Positions 1 to 11,300 of a DNA stretch of 32,000 bases are shown here, in pieces (within the stretch, counting starts at the first letter, position 1; each line of letters opens with the position of its first letter). This DNA is from Phycisphaera mikurensis NBRC 102666. Its GTDB lineage: Bacteria > Planctomycetota > Phycisphaerae > Phycisphaerales > Phycisphaeraceae. The DNA lies in assembly GCF_000284115.1 (NCBI RefSeq), contig NC_017080.1, positions 420,001-452,000 of the forward strand, written 5' to 3'. The notes below the pieces were generated by a model. That model made no database searches. It was not told where the DNA came from and worked only from the letters and a program-made list of their open reading frames with translations. A program made the position numbers and the translations under genes.

Positions 1-254
1 TCACGCGGCTGCACGAGGGCCCCGAGCCGCCCGCCGTCGTGCTCATCACCCACCACGTCGAGGAGCTGCCGCCGCACACGCACGCGGCGTGGCTGCTGGA
101 GAGCGGCCGGCTCAGCGGGGCCGGGCCGCCGGCGGCGGTCCTCACGGGCGAGAACCTCACGCGGGCGTTCGGGCTCCGCGTCCGCGTGAGGCACGCGGGC
201 GGCGGGTTCTCGCTCCAAGCCGGGGCGGCGGACACCGGGCCGGGCTCGCGTTGA
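1..254 (+). CDS. ABC transporter ATP-binding protein, C-terminal fragment (5' end outside window)
   Basis: Frame 3 is open from the window edge and reads TRLHEGPEPPAVVLITHHVEEL, the H-loop region of ABC ATPases. A short tail (GENLTRAFG...) follows and the stop is TGA 252-254. It resembles ModF/YlmA-type ATPase C-termini. Confidence 0.6.
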   Translation, partial: TRLHEGPEPPAVVLITHHVEELPPHTHAAWLLESGRLSGAGPPAAVLTGENLTRAFGLRVRVRHAGGGFSLQAGAADTGPGSR

Positions 255-260
255 CGCCGC

Positions 261-288
261 TTGCAGGCGCCCCGGAGCTCCCTACACT
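261..288 (+). promoter_or_regulatory. Candidate sigma70-type promoter for rpmI-rplT (TTGCAG-N16-TACACT)
   Basis: TTGCAG at 261-266, a 16-nt spacer, then TACACT at 283-288 (T1, A2 and T6 of the -10 consensus are kept). It lies about 100 nt upstream of the rpmI ATG. This is a motif match only. Confidence 0.3.
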
Positions 289-391
289 GCCCGCCGCGCC
301 GGACGCCGGCGGGTGACGCTGTCGCGCCGCCCGAACCATCACGCCGGCATCGCTCCCGTTCCTCCGCGTCCGAAGCGGACGCCCCCCCGCC

Positions 392-670
392 ATGGCACGA
401 CTCCGCACCAAGAGCAAGAACACCTCCAAGCCCAAGCCCACCAAGGGCGTGTTGAAGCGGGGGCGGATCACCGCGAGCGGGAAGCTGCGTTTCTCGCGCC
501 AGGGCAAGCAGAAGCTCAACGGCCACGAGCGGGGCGAGACGCTGCAAGACCGGCGGGGCTACGTCCTGGTGGGCTCGCACTCCGCGAAGATGGTCAGCCG
601 GCAGCTGAAGCGCAAGATCGTGCCCGCCAACACGGGCCAGCCCGGCGGCGACGGCAAGACGACCCGCTGA
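392..670 (+). CDS. rpmI: 50S ribosomal protein L35
   Basis: The 92-aa basic protein contains KRGRITASGKLRFSRQGKQKLNG, matching the L35 pattern KRFK.T.SGK...R..GK.H. It sits directly upstream of rplT as in the usual rpmI-rplT pair. It has N- and C-terminal extensions relative to the typical ~65-aa L35. Confidence 0.8.
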   Translation: MARLRTKSKNTSKPKPTKGVLKRGRITASGKLRFSRQGKQKLNGHERGETLQDRRGYVLVGSHSAKMVSRQLKRKIVPANTGQPGGDGKTTR

Positions 671-793
671 AGCGGCGGCGACGCCGCCCATCCGACTTTT
701 CACCGACCGCGTTGCGGGTGAGCCTCGCCGGAGGCTCGCAAGCGGGGCTCGTGGCCCCCTCCGACTCCGCGTCCAACCCCCAAGGAGCACGGC

Positions 794-1165
794 ATGCCTC
801 GTGCAAGCAAGGGCGCCGCACGGCGTCAGTCCAAGAACCGCTGGTTCGCCAAGGCCAAGGGCAACCGCGGCTTCCGCCGCAAGAACTGGCGGACGGTCAA
901 GCAGACCGTCATCCGGTCCGGCGTCTACGCCTACCGCGACCGCCGGCTGGTCAAACGAGACTACCGCCGCCTCTGGATCGTCCGCGTCAACGCGGCGGCC
1001 CGCGCCCACGGCGTGAGCTACTCGCGGTTCATGCACGGCCTCAAGCTCGCCGGCGTCACGCTCAACCGCAAGATGCTCTCCGAGCTGGCCATCCATGACG
1101 AGGCCGCTTTCGAGGCGATCCTCAAGAAGGCCACCGACGCCCTGGACACCGCCAAAGCCGCCTGA
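794..1165 (+). CDS. rplT: 50S ribosomal protein L20
   Basis: MPRASKGAARRQSKNRWFAKAKGNRG...YAYRDRRLVKRDYRRLWIVRVNAAARAHGVSYSRFMHGLK is a textbook L20 sequence. AAGGAG lies 8 nt upstream of the ATG. Confidence 0.95.
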   Translation: MPRASKGAARRQSKNRWFAKAKGNRGFRRKNWRTVKQTVIRSGVYAYRDRRLVKRDYRRLWIVRVNAAARAHGVSYSRFMHGLKLAGVTLNRKMLSELAIHDEAAFEAILKKATDALDTAKAA

Positions 1166-1167
1166 AT

Positions 1168-1213
1168 CCGCGGACCGCGGCCTCCGGAGCCGGCAAACGA
1201 CGACGGTCCGCGG
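1168..1213. repeat. 46-bp palindromic element, copy 1 (CCGCGGACCG-N26-CGGTCCGCGG)
   Basis: Exact arms at 1168-1177 and 1204-1213 with a 26-nt spacer. The perfect inverted repeat extends to 12 bp (ATCCGCGGACCG 1166-1177 / CGGTCCGCGGAT 1204-1215). It starts immediately after the rplT stop (1163-1165). Confidence 0.9.
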
Positions 1214-1634
1214 ATCCCGCGGCCGCGTTCTGCTGCGCCCCGGGACTGCCGGATGGGCAGCGCGGCAGGGGGTTCGTGTGCTCGACGGCAACCGGGTGCG
1301 AGCGGTCGCTGCGTTCTGCCGCGAAGGGGGAAGGCGCGGAGGCCGCGAAGGAGCAGAAGGCAGAAGCGCTCCTGAAGGCACGCGACACCGGGTTCGATCC
1401 GCTTTGCGCTCGGGCACGGCGTCGGCTCGATCTCGCCTTCGCGACCTTCGCGCCTGCTCCTCGTCCGCGGTCGGCGGAGCGCTGCTCGTGGATGCCCGGC
1501 CCTCTGGCACCCCTGTTGCAGTGCTTGAAGCCACGCCCAGAGTCCGGAAGACCCGACGCGTAGCCTCTCTACGGCCCCGGTCCCCCGGCGGTCGATCCAA
1601 TACGACGAGCCCCCCTCCCGAAGAGGAACCCACC

Positions 1635-4268
<2,634 letters not shown>

Positions 4269-4321
4269 TCGCCACGACCCGCCGCCGCACCGGGTGCGGC
4301 GGCGGCCCGGAAGCACCGCAA

Positions 4322-4343
4322 GCCCGCCCGCCGGCGGGCTTTT
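4322..4343 (+). terminator. Rho-independent terminator downstream of clpC
   Basis: GCCCGCC-cgcc-GGCGGGC is followed by TTTT (4340-4343). It is preceded by a second perfect 12-bp hairpin, CCGCCGCCGCAC (4279-4290) / GTGCGGCGGCGG (4294-4305). Confidence 0.7.
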
Positions 4344-4408
4344 GGTTGCGCCCGTCTTCCGGGGCCCGACCGCTTACAGCGGGGGGGAGCAAAGGCCGAT
4401 AGGCGGGC

Positions 4409-5974
4409 ATGGAGCAGGCTTCGGGCGAGAATGCAGACGCGGGGGCGGCGCTTCTGGAGCGGCTGTTGGGCTCGCCGCGGATGCCCTCGCTGCCCGCCGT
4501 GGCCGCGGAGGTGCTGGACCTGGTGGAGGAGGAGGAGGTCGACCTGGCCCGGGTGGCCGAGACGATCACCAAGGACCCCGCCCTGGCCACCCGCGTGCTG
4601 CGCACGGTGAACTCGAGCTTCTACGGGCAGGCGTATGCGGTGGGCACCGTCAACCACGCACTGGTCGTGCTGGGCCTCCGGGCCGTCAAGACCCTGACGC
4701 TGGGCTTCTCGCTGGTGGGCGTCTTCAACGAGGGTTCGCAGAGCTCGGAAGCCTTCGACGTCCCGGGCTACTGGCGTCGCAGCCTGCTGTCGGCGGTGGC
4801 GGCGAAGCAGCTCGCGGAGGCGGCGCGACTGGAGAGCACCGAGGAGTGCTTCCTCGGCGGCTTGCTGCGCGACGTCGGCGTCCTGTGCCTGCAGCAGTCG
4901 CTGGGGGCGGAGTACGAGGAGGTGCTGGCGGAGGGGGCACCGCCGGCCGGCCCCTGGGGCGAGCCCCTGGCGCGGGCCGAGGCCGGCGCCCTGGGGGCCG
5001 ACCACGCGACGCTCGCGGCCGACCTGTGCAAGCGCTGGCGGCTCCCGGTGCTGCTCACCGCGCTCATCCGTCACCACCACCGGCCCCAGGAAGCGCCCGA
5101 GGACCACCGCCTCGCCTGCGCCTGCGTGCACGCCGGCGGCCTCGCGTCCAGCGTGTTCATGGCCGCCGACGCGGAGGGCACCGACGGCGACGCGACCGCA
5201 GCGGGCACGGCGCTGGCCCGCTTCCGCGAAGCCGTCGACGGCCTCGCAGACCAGGCCGGCTTCCCCATGGACGCCGAGGCCATCATCGACGGCGTCCACA
5301 ACCGGACCGCGGAGATGCGACGCCTCTTCGACCTGCCCGCCACCGAAGCGATCGACGGGGCGGACCTGCTCCGCCGGGCCCGCGCCGCCCAGGAGGCGGT
5401 GGCGCTCGCGAGCGCCCGCCAGGCGGACCTGCTCGAGCGGGAGAGCCAGCAGCTGCGGGAGGACGCGGAGGTCGACGCGCTGACCGGGCTGCCGAATCGG
5501 CGGCGGTTCGACCGCGAGCTGGCGGGCTACTGCAGCCACAGCGACGGGAGCTTCGCGCTGGTGATGCTCGACATCGACCACTTCAAGTCGGTGAACGACA
5601 CGCACGGCCACGACGCGGGCGACGCCATCCTCTCCGCGGTGGCCTCCATCACCGAGGCCGCCGTCGCGAGCGAGCCGGCGAGCGAGGGCGGGCCGATCGT
5701 GTGCCGGCTCGGCGGCGAGGAGTTCGCGCTGCTGGTCCCCGGCGTCGACCTGCTCGCCGCCGCCCGCCTCGCCGACCGGGTGCGGCGGGCCGTCGAGGCC
5801 GCGGTCACCCCGCTGCCCGCCGGCGGCGACCTGGGGGTCACGCTGTCGGCGGGCGTGTGCGCGGGCAGGAGCGGGGCGATGCCGCGGGAGCTGTACAAGC
5901 TCGCGGACCGCGCCCTCTACGCCGCGAAGGACGGCGGGCGGAACACGATCCGCGCCTTCCGCGAGGCGGCCTGA
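4409..5974 (+). CDS. HDOD domain - GGDEF domain protein (putative diguanylate cyclase)
   Basis: The N-terminal half matches HDOD (LPSLPAVAAEVLDLV...ITKDPALATRVLRTVNSSFYG...LGLRAVKTLTLGFSL). The C-terminal half matches GGDEF (DALTGLPNRRRFD...LDIDHFKSVNDTHGHDAGD...RLGGEEFALL...LYAAKDGGRN). Confidence 0.9.
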   Translation: MEQASGENADAGAALLERLLGSPRMPSLPAVAAEVLDLVEEEEVDLARVAETITKDPALATRVLRTVNSSFYGQAYAVGTVNHALVVLGLRAVKTLTLGFSLVGVFNEGSQSSEAFDVPGYWRRSLLSAVAAKQLAEAARLESTEECFLGGLLRDVGVLCLQQSLGAEYEEVLAEGAPPAGPWGEPLARAEAGALGADHATLAADLCKRWRLPVLLTALIRHHHRPQEAPEDHRLACACVHAGGLASSVFMAADAEGTDGDATAAGTALARFREAVDGLADQAGFPMDAEAIIDGVHNRTAEMRRLFDLPATEAIDGADLLRRARAAQEAVALASARQADLLERESQQLREDAEVDALTGLPNRRRFDRELAGYCSHSDGSFALVMLDIDHFKSVNDTHGHDAGDAILSAVASITEAAVASEPASEGGPIVCRLGGEEFALLVPGVDLLAAARLADRVRRAVEAAVTPLPAGGDLGVTLSAGVCAGRSGAMPRELYKLADRALYAAKDGGRNTIRAFREAA

Positions 5975-6080
5975 CCGCGGCGCTCCCGATCGCGGCGGGG
6001 TGCCCCTCGGTCCGCTCCTCCGCAAGCGACACCCGGCGGCCGCGTCGGGCGGCGTCGCGGCGGAGCGCCAGGAACCGTCG

Positions 6081-7163
6081 CTACGCGATCAGCAGCTCCG
6101 CGATCTGGACGGCGTTCAACGCCGCCCCCTTGCGGATCTGGTCCCCGCAGAGGAACAGGTCCAGGCCGCGGCCCGCGGGCCGCGAGAGGTCGCGGCGGAT
6201 GCGGCCGACCTGCACCGGGTCGGTCCCGCTGGCGTCCAGCGGCGTGGGGAAGGTCTCGGTCGCGCGGTCGTCGACCACGACGACGCCGGGCGCGGCGGCC
6301 AGCAGCTCCCGGGCTTCGTCCTCGTGCAGGTCGCGCGTGAAGGCGAGGTTGAGCGACTCCGCGTGGGCCCGCATCACCGGGACGCGGATGCAGGTGGCGG
6401 TGATCCCGGTGCGGGCGGCTTCGGGCAGCGCGTCCTGCCGCCAGATCTTGTGGGTCTCGTGGACCATCTTCAGCTCTTCCTGGTTGTAGCCGTTGGGCTG
6501 CAGCGGGGAGTTGTGGCTGAAGAGGTTGAAGGCGTAGGTGCGGCCGAAGACCGCCTTGCTCCTGACCTCGCGGCCGCCGGCTTCGTCCAGCGACTCGCGC
6601 GTCTGCTGCTCGAGCTCGCTCATCGCCGCCGCGCCGCCGCCGGAGGCGGCCTGGTATGTGCTCGCGACGATCCGCTCCACGCCCGCCGCGGCGTGCAGCG
6701 GGTGGACGACCACGAGCATCAGGATCGTCGAGCAGTTGGGGTTGGCGACGATGCCGGAGCGGCCGCCGGCACCCAGGCCGATGCCGGCCTGCGCGATGGC
6801 GTCGGGGTTCACCTCGGGGACGACCAGCGGGACGCCCTCGGCCATGCGGAAGGCCGAGGAGTTGTCGATCACGGTGCAGCCGGCGTCGACGGCGAGCGGC
6901 GCGAACGCCTTGGAGACGCCGCCGCCGGCGGAGAACAGCGCCAGGTCCACCCCCTCGAAGGAGTCTTCCTTCAGCTCCTCGATGGTGTGGGTCTTCCCGC
7001 CGTACGCGACCTCGCGCCCCGCGGACCGGGCGGAGGCGAGCAGCTTGAGCCTCCCGATCGGGAAGTTCCGCTCGGCGAGCACGGCGAGGAACTCCTGGCC
7101 GACGGCGCCGGTGACGCCGGCGATGGCGACGGAGGGGGATTCGAGGGCGTGGGTTCGGGCCAT
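6081..7163 (-). CDS. asd: Aspartate-semialdehyde dehydrogenase
   Basis: VAIAGVTGAVGQEFLAVL...DNSSAFRM...VPEVNP...IVANPNCSTI (active-site Cys) ...STYQAASGGG. I start it at the internal ATG (complement of 7161-7163, MARTHALESPS) rather than the 54-codon upstream extension. Confidence 0.93.
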   Translation of the reverse strand: MARTHALESPSVAIAGVTGAVGQEFLAVLAERNFPIGRLKLLASARSAGREVAYGGKTHTIEELKEDSFEGVDLALFSAGGGVSKAFAPLAVDAGCTVIDNSSAFRMAEGVPLVVPEVNPDAIAQAGIGLGAGGRSGIVANPNCSTILMLVVVHPLHAAAGVERIVASTYQAASGGGAAAMSELEQQTRESLDEAGGREVRSKAVFGRTYAFNLFSHNSPLQPNGYNQEELKMVHETHKIWRQDALPEAARTGITATCIRVPVMRAHAESLNLAFTRDLHEDEARELLAAAPGVVVVDDRATETFPTPLDASGTDPVQVGRIRRDLSRPAGRGLDLFLCGDQIRKGAALNAVQIAELLIA

Positions 7164-7269
7164 GGGGCGGAGAGGGTACGGAGGCCCCGGCCCGGCGCGG
7201 GCGCCTCGCCGCTCGACAGCGAGGCGTCCGGCAAGCGGCGAGCGGCCGGGGGGCGGGATCCCGACGCCG

Positions 7270-7315
7270 CCGCGGACCGTCGGCTCCGGGCCTGCGTCAA
7301 GCCGACGGTCCGCGG
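7270..7315. repeat. 46-bp palindromic element, copy 2
   Basis: Arms at 7270-7279 and 7306-7315 with a 26-nt spacer. The palindrome extends inward to 16 perfect bp (CCGCGGACCGTCGGCT / AGCCGACGGTCCGCGG). It lies 24 nt downstream of the PfkB-kinase stop and about 107 nt upstream of the asd start (both on the minus strand). Confidence 0.9.
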
Positions 7316-7338
7316 GAGCTGGCACCCGCGCAGGCCCT

Positions 7339-8313
7339 TCAGGCCCGGACGAGGCGGAGGATCCGCTCGGGCAAATCGGGCGTCGCCCCCGCCCGGCCCG
7401 CCACGAACGCGCCCATCGCGTTGGCGACCGTCAGGGCGTGCTCCATCGGGTGGCCGGTCACCAGCGCGGAGAGCAAGCCGGCGCTGCAGGCGTCGCCCGC
7501 ACCCACGGAGTCGGCGTCGCCGTCGGGATCGAAGACGCCCGGCTCGCCGCGCAGCTCGGCCTCGGCGGTCAGCGCCACCGTGCCCTCGCTCCCGAGCGTG
7601 AGGACGACGGCGTCGAGCCCGAAGCGCTCCCGCAGGCCGGCGGCGTCGGCGACGCCGGTCAGCGAGCAGACGGTGCCGAGCTCCTCGTCGTTGAGCTTCA
7701 CCAGGCTGGCCAGGGTGCAGCCCGCACGCAGCACCTCGGCGTCGTAGAAGCTCCGGCCGTCGGAGGCGCGGAGGTTCACGTCGAAGAGCCGGACCGCGCC
7801 GCCGCCCACGCCGCCGACGCGGTCGACGAAGCGGCGGAGGGTCGCGGCGGACACGGGGTTGCGTTGGGCCAGCGAGCCGAAGGCGACGGCGGAGCACGAG
7901 CCGGCGAGCGCGTCCAGCGCCGGCGTCGCCGCGAGGAAGTCCCAGGCCGACTCCTGCGCCACGTGGAAGGCGTGCCCGCCCTCGCCGTCGAGCTCGACGT
8001 CCACCCGCCCGGTCGGGTGGTCCGGATCGCTCTGCACGAAAGCGTCGTCGAGGCCGCGGGCATGCAGCTCGTCCCGCAGCCTCCGCCCGAGGTCGTCAAC
8101 GCCCACGCGGCTGACGACGACGCCGCGCCCGGCGGGCTCGGCCGCGCCGAGCAGCCGGTGGGCGTGGACGGCGACGTTCAGCGGCGCCCCCCCGAGGCGC
8201 GGGCCCGAGGGGAACACGTCGAACAGCGCCTCGCCGAGGCCCGCCACGACGGGCCCGTCGGCGTCGCGGGCGCGGGGCGGCAGGTCGGATCCGGCGGTGT
8301 CGGTGTCGTTCAT
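7339..8313 (-). CDS. PfkB-family carbohydrate kinase (fructokinase/ribokinase-like)
   Basis: N-terminal GEALFDVF...GGAPLNVA and the C-terminal PfkB signature SVGAGDACSAGLLSAL. Substrate cannot be assigned from sequence alone. Confidence 0.85.
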   Translation of the reverse strand: MNDTDTAGSDLPPRARDADGPVVAGLGEALFDVFPSGPRLGGAPLNVAVHAHRLLGAAEPAGRGVVVSRVGVDDLGRRLRDELHARGLDDAFVQSDPDHPTGRVDVELDGEGGHAFHVAQESAWDFLAATPALDALAGSCSAVAFGSLAQRNPVSAATLRRFVDRVGGVGGGAVRLFDVNLRASDGRSFYDAEVLRAGCTLASLVKLNDEELGTVCSLTGVADAAGLRERFGLDAVVLTLGSEGTVALTAEAELRGEPGVFDPDGDADSVGAGDACSAGLLSALVTGHPMEHALTVANAMGAFVAGRAGATPDLPERILRLVRA

Positions 8314-8394
8314 GGTGGTCTCTCGGCGGGCGCCCGGAAGCTACGCGGGTGCGGGTCCACCGGGGCCGGGCGGGGTGTCTCCTAGGCTGGGCCG

Positions 8395-11300
8395 ATGCGG
8401 ATCCGCGACGCGAGCGTGCTCCGGGCGGGTTCGGTTTTGGCGGTGATCCCGGCGGTGCTGGCCGCCGCGCCCGCCGCGGCGGACGCCGTCCCGCTGGGGT
8501 CCGCGGTGTACGTGGAGGACTCGCCGACGGCGGTGCAGCAGCTGCTGCGGGCCGAGGAGCTGGCGGCGGCGGGGCGGCTGCAAGACGCCGCCGCGGCGCT
8601 CGATCGCGCGGTCGAGAACCACGGCGGCGACCTCGTTCCGGCGGGCGGCGATCCCGCGGAATTTGGCGACGCGAGCCGCCGCTTCGTGGAGGTCCGCAGC
8701 CGGGTCGCGGAGCGGCTCGCGGCCGATCCGCCCCTCGCCGCGGCGTACCGCGTGGCCTTCGGCGACGAGGCGCAGCGGCTGGCGGACCGGGCGGGCCGGC
8801 CGGCGGACCCCGCGGATCGCCGCACGGCCCTGGGCGAGGTCGCCCTCCGCTACGGCGCGACCGCCGCGGGGCGGACCGCCGCCCTCGACGCGGCGGGGTA
8901 CGCGCTCGAGGCGGCGGATCCCGCGGACGCCCGGCGCTGGCTGGCGGTCGCGGGGTCGGTCGCCGGCGAAGAGGCGGGCGATGCCGGACGCGGTGCGGAG
9001 CTGCACGCGGCGGCCGACGCGGTGGAGGCGGCCGCCCGTGCCGCGGCGGCCGCGGCGGCCGCGGCCGGCTCGGACGCCGCGTCCGCCCCCCTCGCGGCGG
9101 GCGGAGCGGAGCCCGGCCTCGGCGCGGCCTGGACCTTCTGGTTCGGCCCGCTGGGGGTGGAGCCCGGCGTCGACCAGAGCCGGAGGCTGGGCAGCGGCCG
9201 GCGTGCCGCGTCCCCGCCCCTCGTCGCGGCGCGGGGCTCCGCCGTGTTTCTCAACACCGGTGCGCTGCTGCTGCGGCTGGACCGTGACGCGGGCCGGCCG
9301 GTCTGGTCGGTGGATCCGCGGGGCGTGCCCGTGCCGCCGGTCGCGGGTGCCGCGGAGGGCGGGCGGGGCGTCCTGCTGCGGGGTGACGCCGCCATCGCGG
9401 TGCTCGGCGAGAGCCCCGACCCGCGGCAGCGACGCTTCGGCCTCGTCGAACCCGGCCGCGAGCCGACGCGGCTGGTGGCGGTGGACGCCCGGACCGGCGC
9501 GGCCCGGTGGTCGGTGACCCCCGAGGCGCTCGACCCGAGCCTCGCCCGCGCCGCCCTGGCGGGCACACCGATCGGGGACCCGGCCGACGCCGCCGGCCAG
9601 CCGCTGGTCGTGCTGCTGCGGCGGGCGGGCCGCGCCGGCTTCGTCGACACGCGGGTGGCGGGCGTCGACCCGGCGACGGGCGCGCTGCGGTGGACGCGGC
9701 CGCTCTCGAGCGTGTCCAGCGACGCCCGCTTCGGGAATCCCGATGAGCCCGCGCCCGTCGGTGTGGCCGCGGGCGGGCGGGTGTACGTGGACGCGGGGCT
9801 CGGCGTCACCGCCGCCCTGGACCCGCGGACCGGCCGCATCGCCTGGCTGCGGGTCGATGAGCCGGACCCGGGGGCTGCGGGCCGCGGCACGCGTTCCCGC
9901 GCCCCGGTGGCGGGCCCGTTTGCGCCGATCCTCACCGGCGCCGGGCTGATCGTCGGTCTGCCCGACGGCGGCCACGCGCTGCTGGATCCCGGCAGCGGCC
10001 GGCGGCTGGCGATGCCCGGCCCGCTCGGCGTCTCGCACGACCGGGCGGAGCTGCAGGCGGTCCGCGACTGCGGCCGCCTCGTCGGGCTCGTCGCGACGGC
10101 GGGCGGCGAGGCCGTCGCGCTCGACCCCGACACGCTGGCCGAGCGCTGGCGGGTGCCCGCGGGCGAGGCCCTCCCGCGGCCGGACGGGGAAGCCCGGCCG
10201 GCCGGGCCGGAGGTGGTCCTGGTGGCGGGGCGGGACGCCTTCCGTCGCCGGCTCTCCGACGGCGCCTTGCTCGCACGCGAGCCCGGAGGCGCCGGATTCG
10301 CCCGGGTCCGGCTGCCCGGCGGCGGCTGGATCCAAGCCTCGCCCGCGGCCGTCCGCCTGCACGACCGGCCCGGCGCCGCGGCCGAGCGGCTGGCCGCACG
10401 CGTGGCCGCCTCGCCCGAAGATCCCTCCGCCGGCCTCGCCCTCGCGTGGCTCGGCCTCGAGCGCGCCGACCCGGCGTGGCTGCTGGCGGGCACCGACGCC
10501 GCGCTCGACGCCGCGGCCGCCGCGGGCGGCCAGGAGGCCGGCCCGGTCGCGGCGGAGCTGCTCGAGCGGGTGGCCACGGCGGGAGCGGACCGCGCCTTCG
10601 ACGGCGTCCGGCGGGAGGTGCTCTCCCGCATCGCGGCCTCCGGCGCGGCCGATCCGATCGCGCTCGCGATGGTCTCCTCCGAGGCGGCACGCTCCGAGGG
10701 TCGTCTCGCCGACGCCGTCGCGCTGCTGCAGGAGGTCATCGACGACCCGGGCCTGGCGGACCGGCTGTTCGTGCTGCGGGGGACGACCCGCCGGGCCGGT
10801 CTGGAGGCGCGGGAGCGGCTGGCGGGGCTCCTCGCCGAGGGCCGCGAGCGGGGGATCGACCTCTACGCGACCCAGCGGGACCGGGCCGACGCCGCGTTCG
10901 TCGCGGCACGCGAGGCGGACGATGCGGCGGCGCTGTCCGAGGTCGCGCGACGCTTCCCCTTCTCGGCGGCGGCCGCCGGCGCCCTGGCCGCCGCCGCCGA
11001 GAAGGCCGGCGGCGCGGCCGATCCCGCGGGCGTCCGCGCGACCCGGTCGCTGTGGCGCTCCGCCTACCGCGCCGCCCTCGCCGCGAGCGAGAGCGGCGAC
11101 GCGGCCGCGGACCAGGTGGCGGCGCGGGCCGCCGCGGCGCTGGTGGCGGGAGAGGCCGCGGCGGGACGCCCCGCCGCGGCCCGCGGCTGGGCTCGCCGCT
11201 TCCGTCGGGAGCTGCCCGGCGTTGCGCTGCCGCTCCGGGGGCTGGAGACGGCGACCGCCTCGGCGGCCGACCCGGTGGAGGCCTGGATCGACGCGGCCGC

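Noticed and set aside
1268-1288. GGGGGTTCGTGTGCTCGACGG resembles the 5' end of tmRNA (GGGGCUGAUUCUGGAUUCGACGG).
   Set aside because: There is no G3:U70 alanine identity pair, no T-arm next to the complementary 3' strand (1606-1614), no CCA-proximal context, and no tag ORF ending in ..LAA followed by a stop.
1338-1369. GGAGGCCGCGAAGGAGCAGAAGGCAGAAGCGC resembles, from memory, the SRP RNA domain IV core GGUCCGGAAGGAAGCAGCCAAGGCAGA. A second GUCCGGAAG occurs at 1542-1550.
   Set aside because: The apical loop would be a pentaloop. The 5' side lacks the ACCA asymmetric loop, the base below the symmetric loop is a G-G mismatch, and no long complementary helix 5 can be drawn. I keep it only as a reason to run cmsearch (RF00169/RF01854) on 1220-1634.
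1391-1400. GGTTCGATCC, identical to the tRNA/tmRNA T-loop consensus.
   Set aside because: The flanking bases (CCGGG ... CGCTT) give only 2 of 5 T-stem pairs. I could not build acceptor, D or anticodon arms around it, so it is probably a chance 10-mer.
1523-1528. CTTGAA (sigma-32-type -35 hexamer) upstream of clpC.
   Set aside because: No CCCCATNT-like -10 lies at the required 13-15 nt spacing. The nearest partial match, CCCAGAGT, is only 7 nt away.
1095-1634. 180-codon N-terminal extension of the ClpC ORF. Analogous extensions precede asd (to 7325), glyA (from 12450), the DUF2721-like gene and most GT genes.
   Set aside because: The extensions are Arg/Ser/Pro-rich and lack homology. The conserved family N-termini begin at internal starts with better context, for example MFERFTDRA preceded by GAGGAA.
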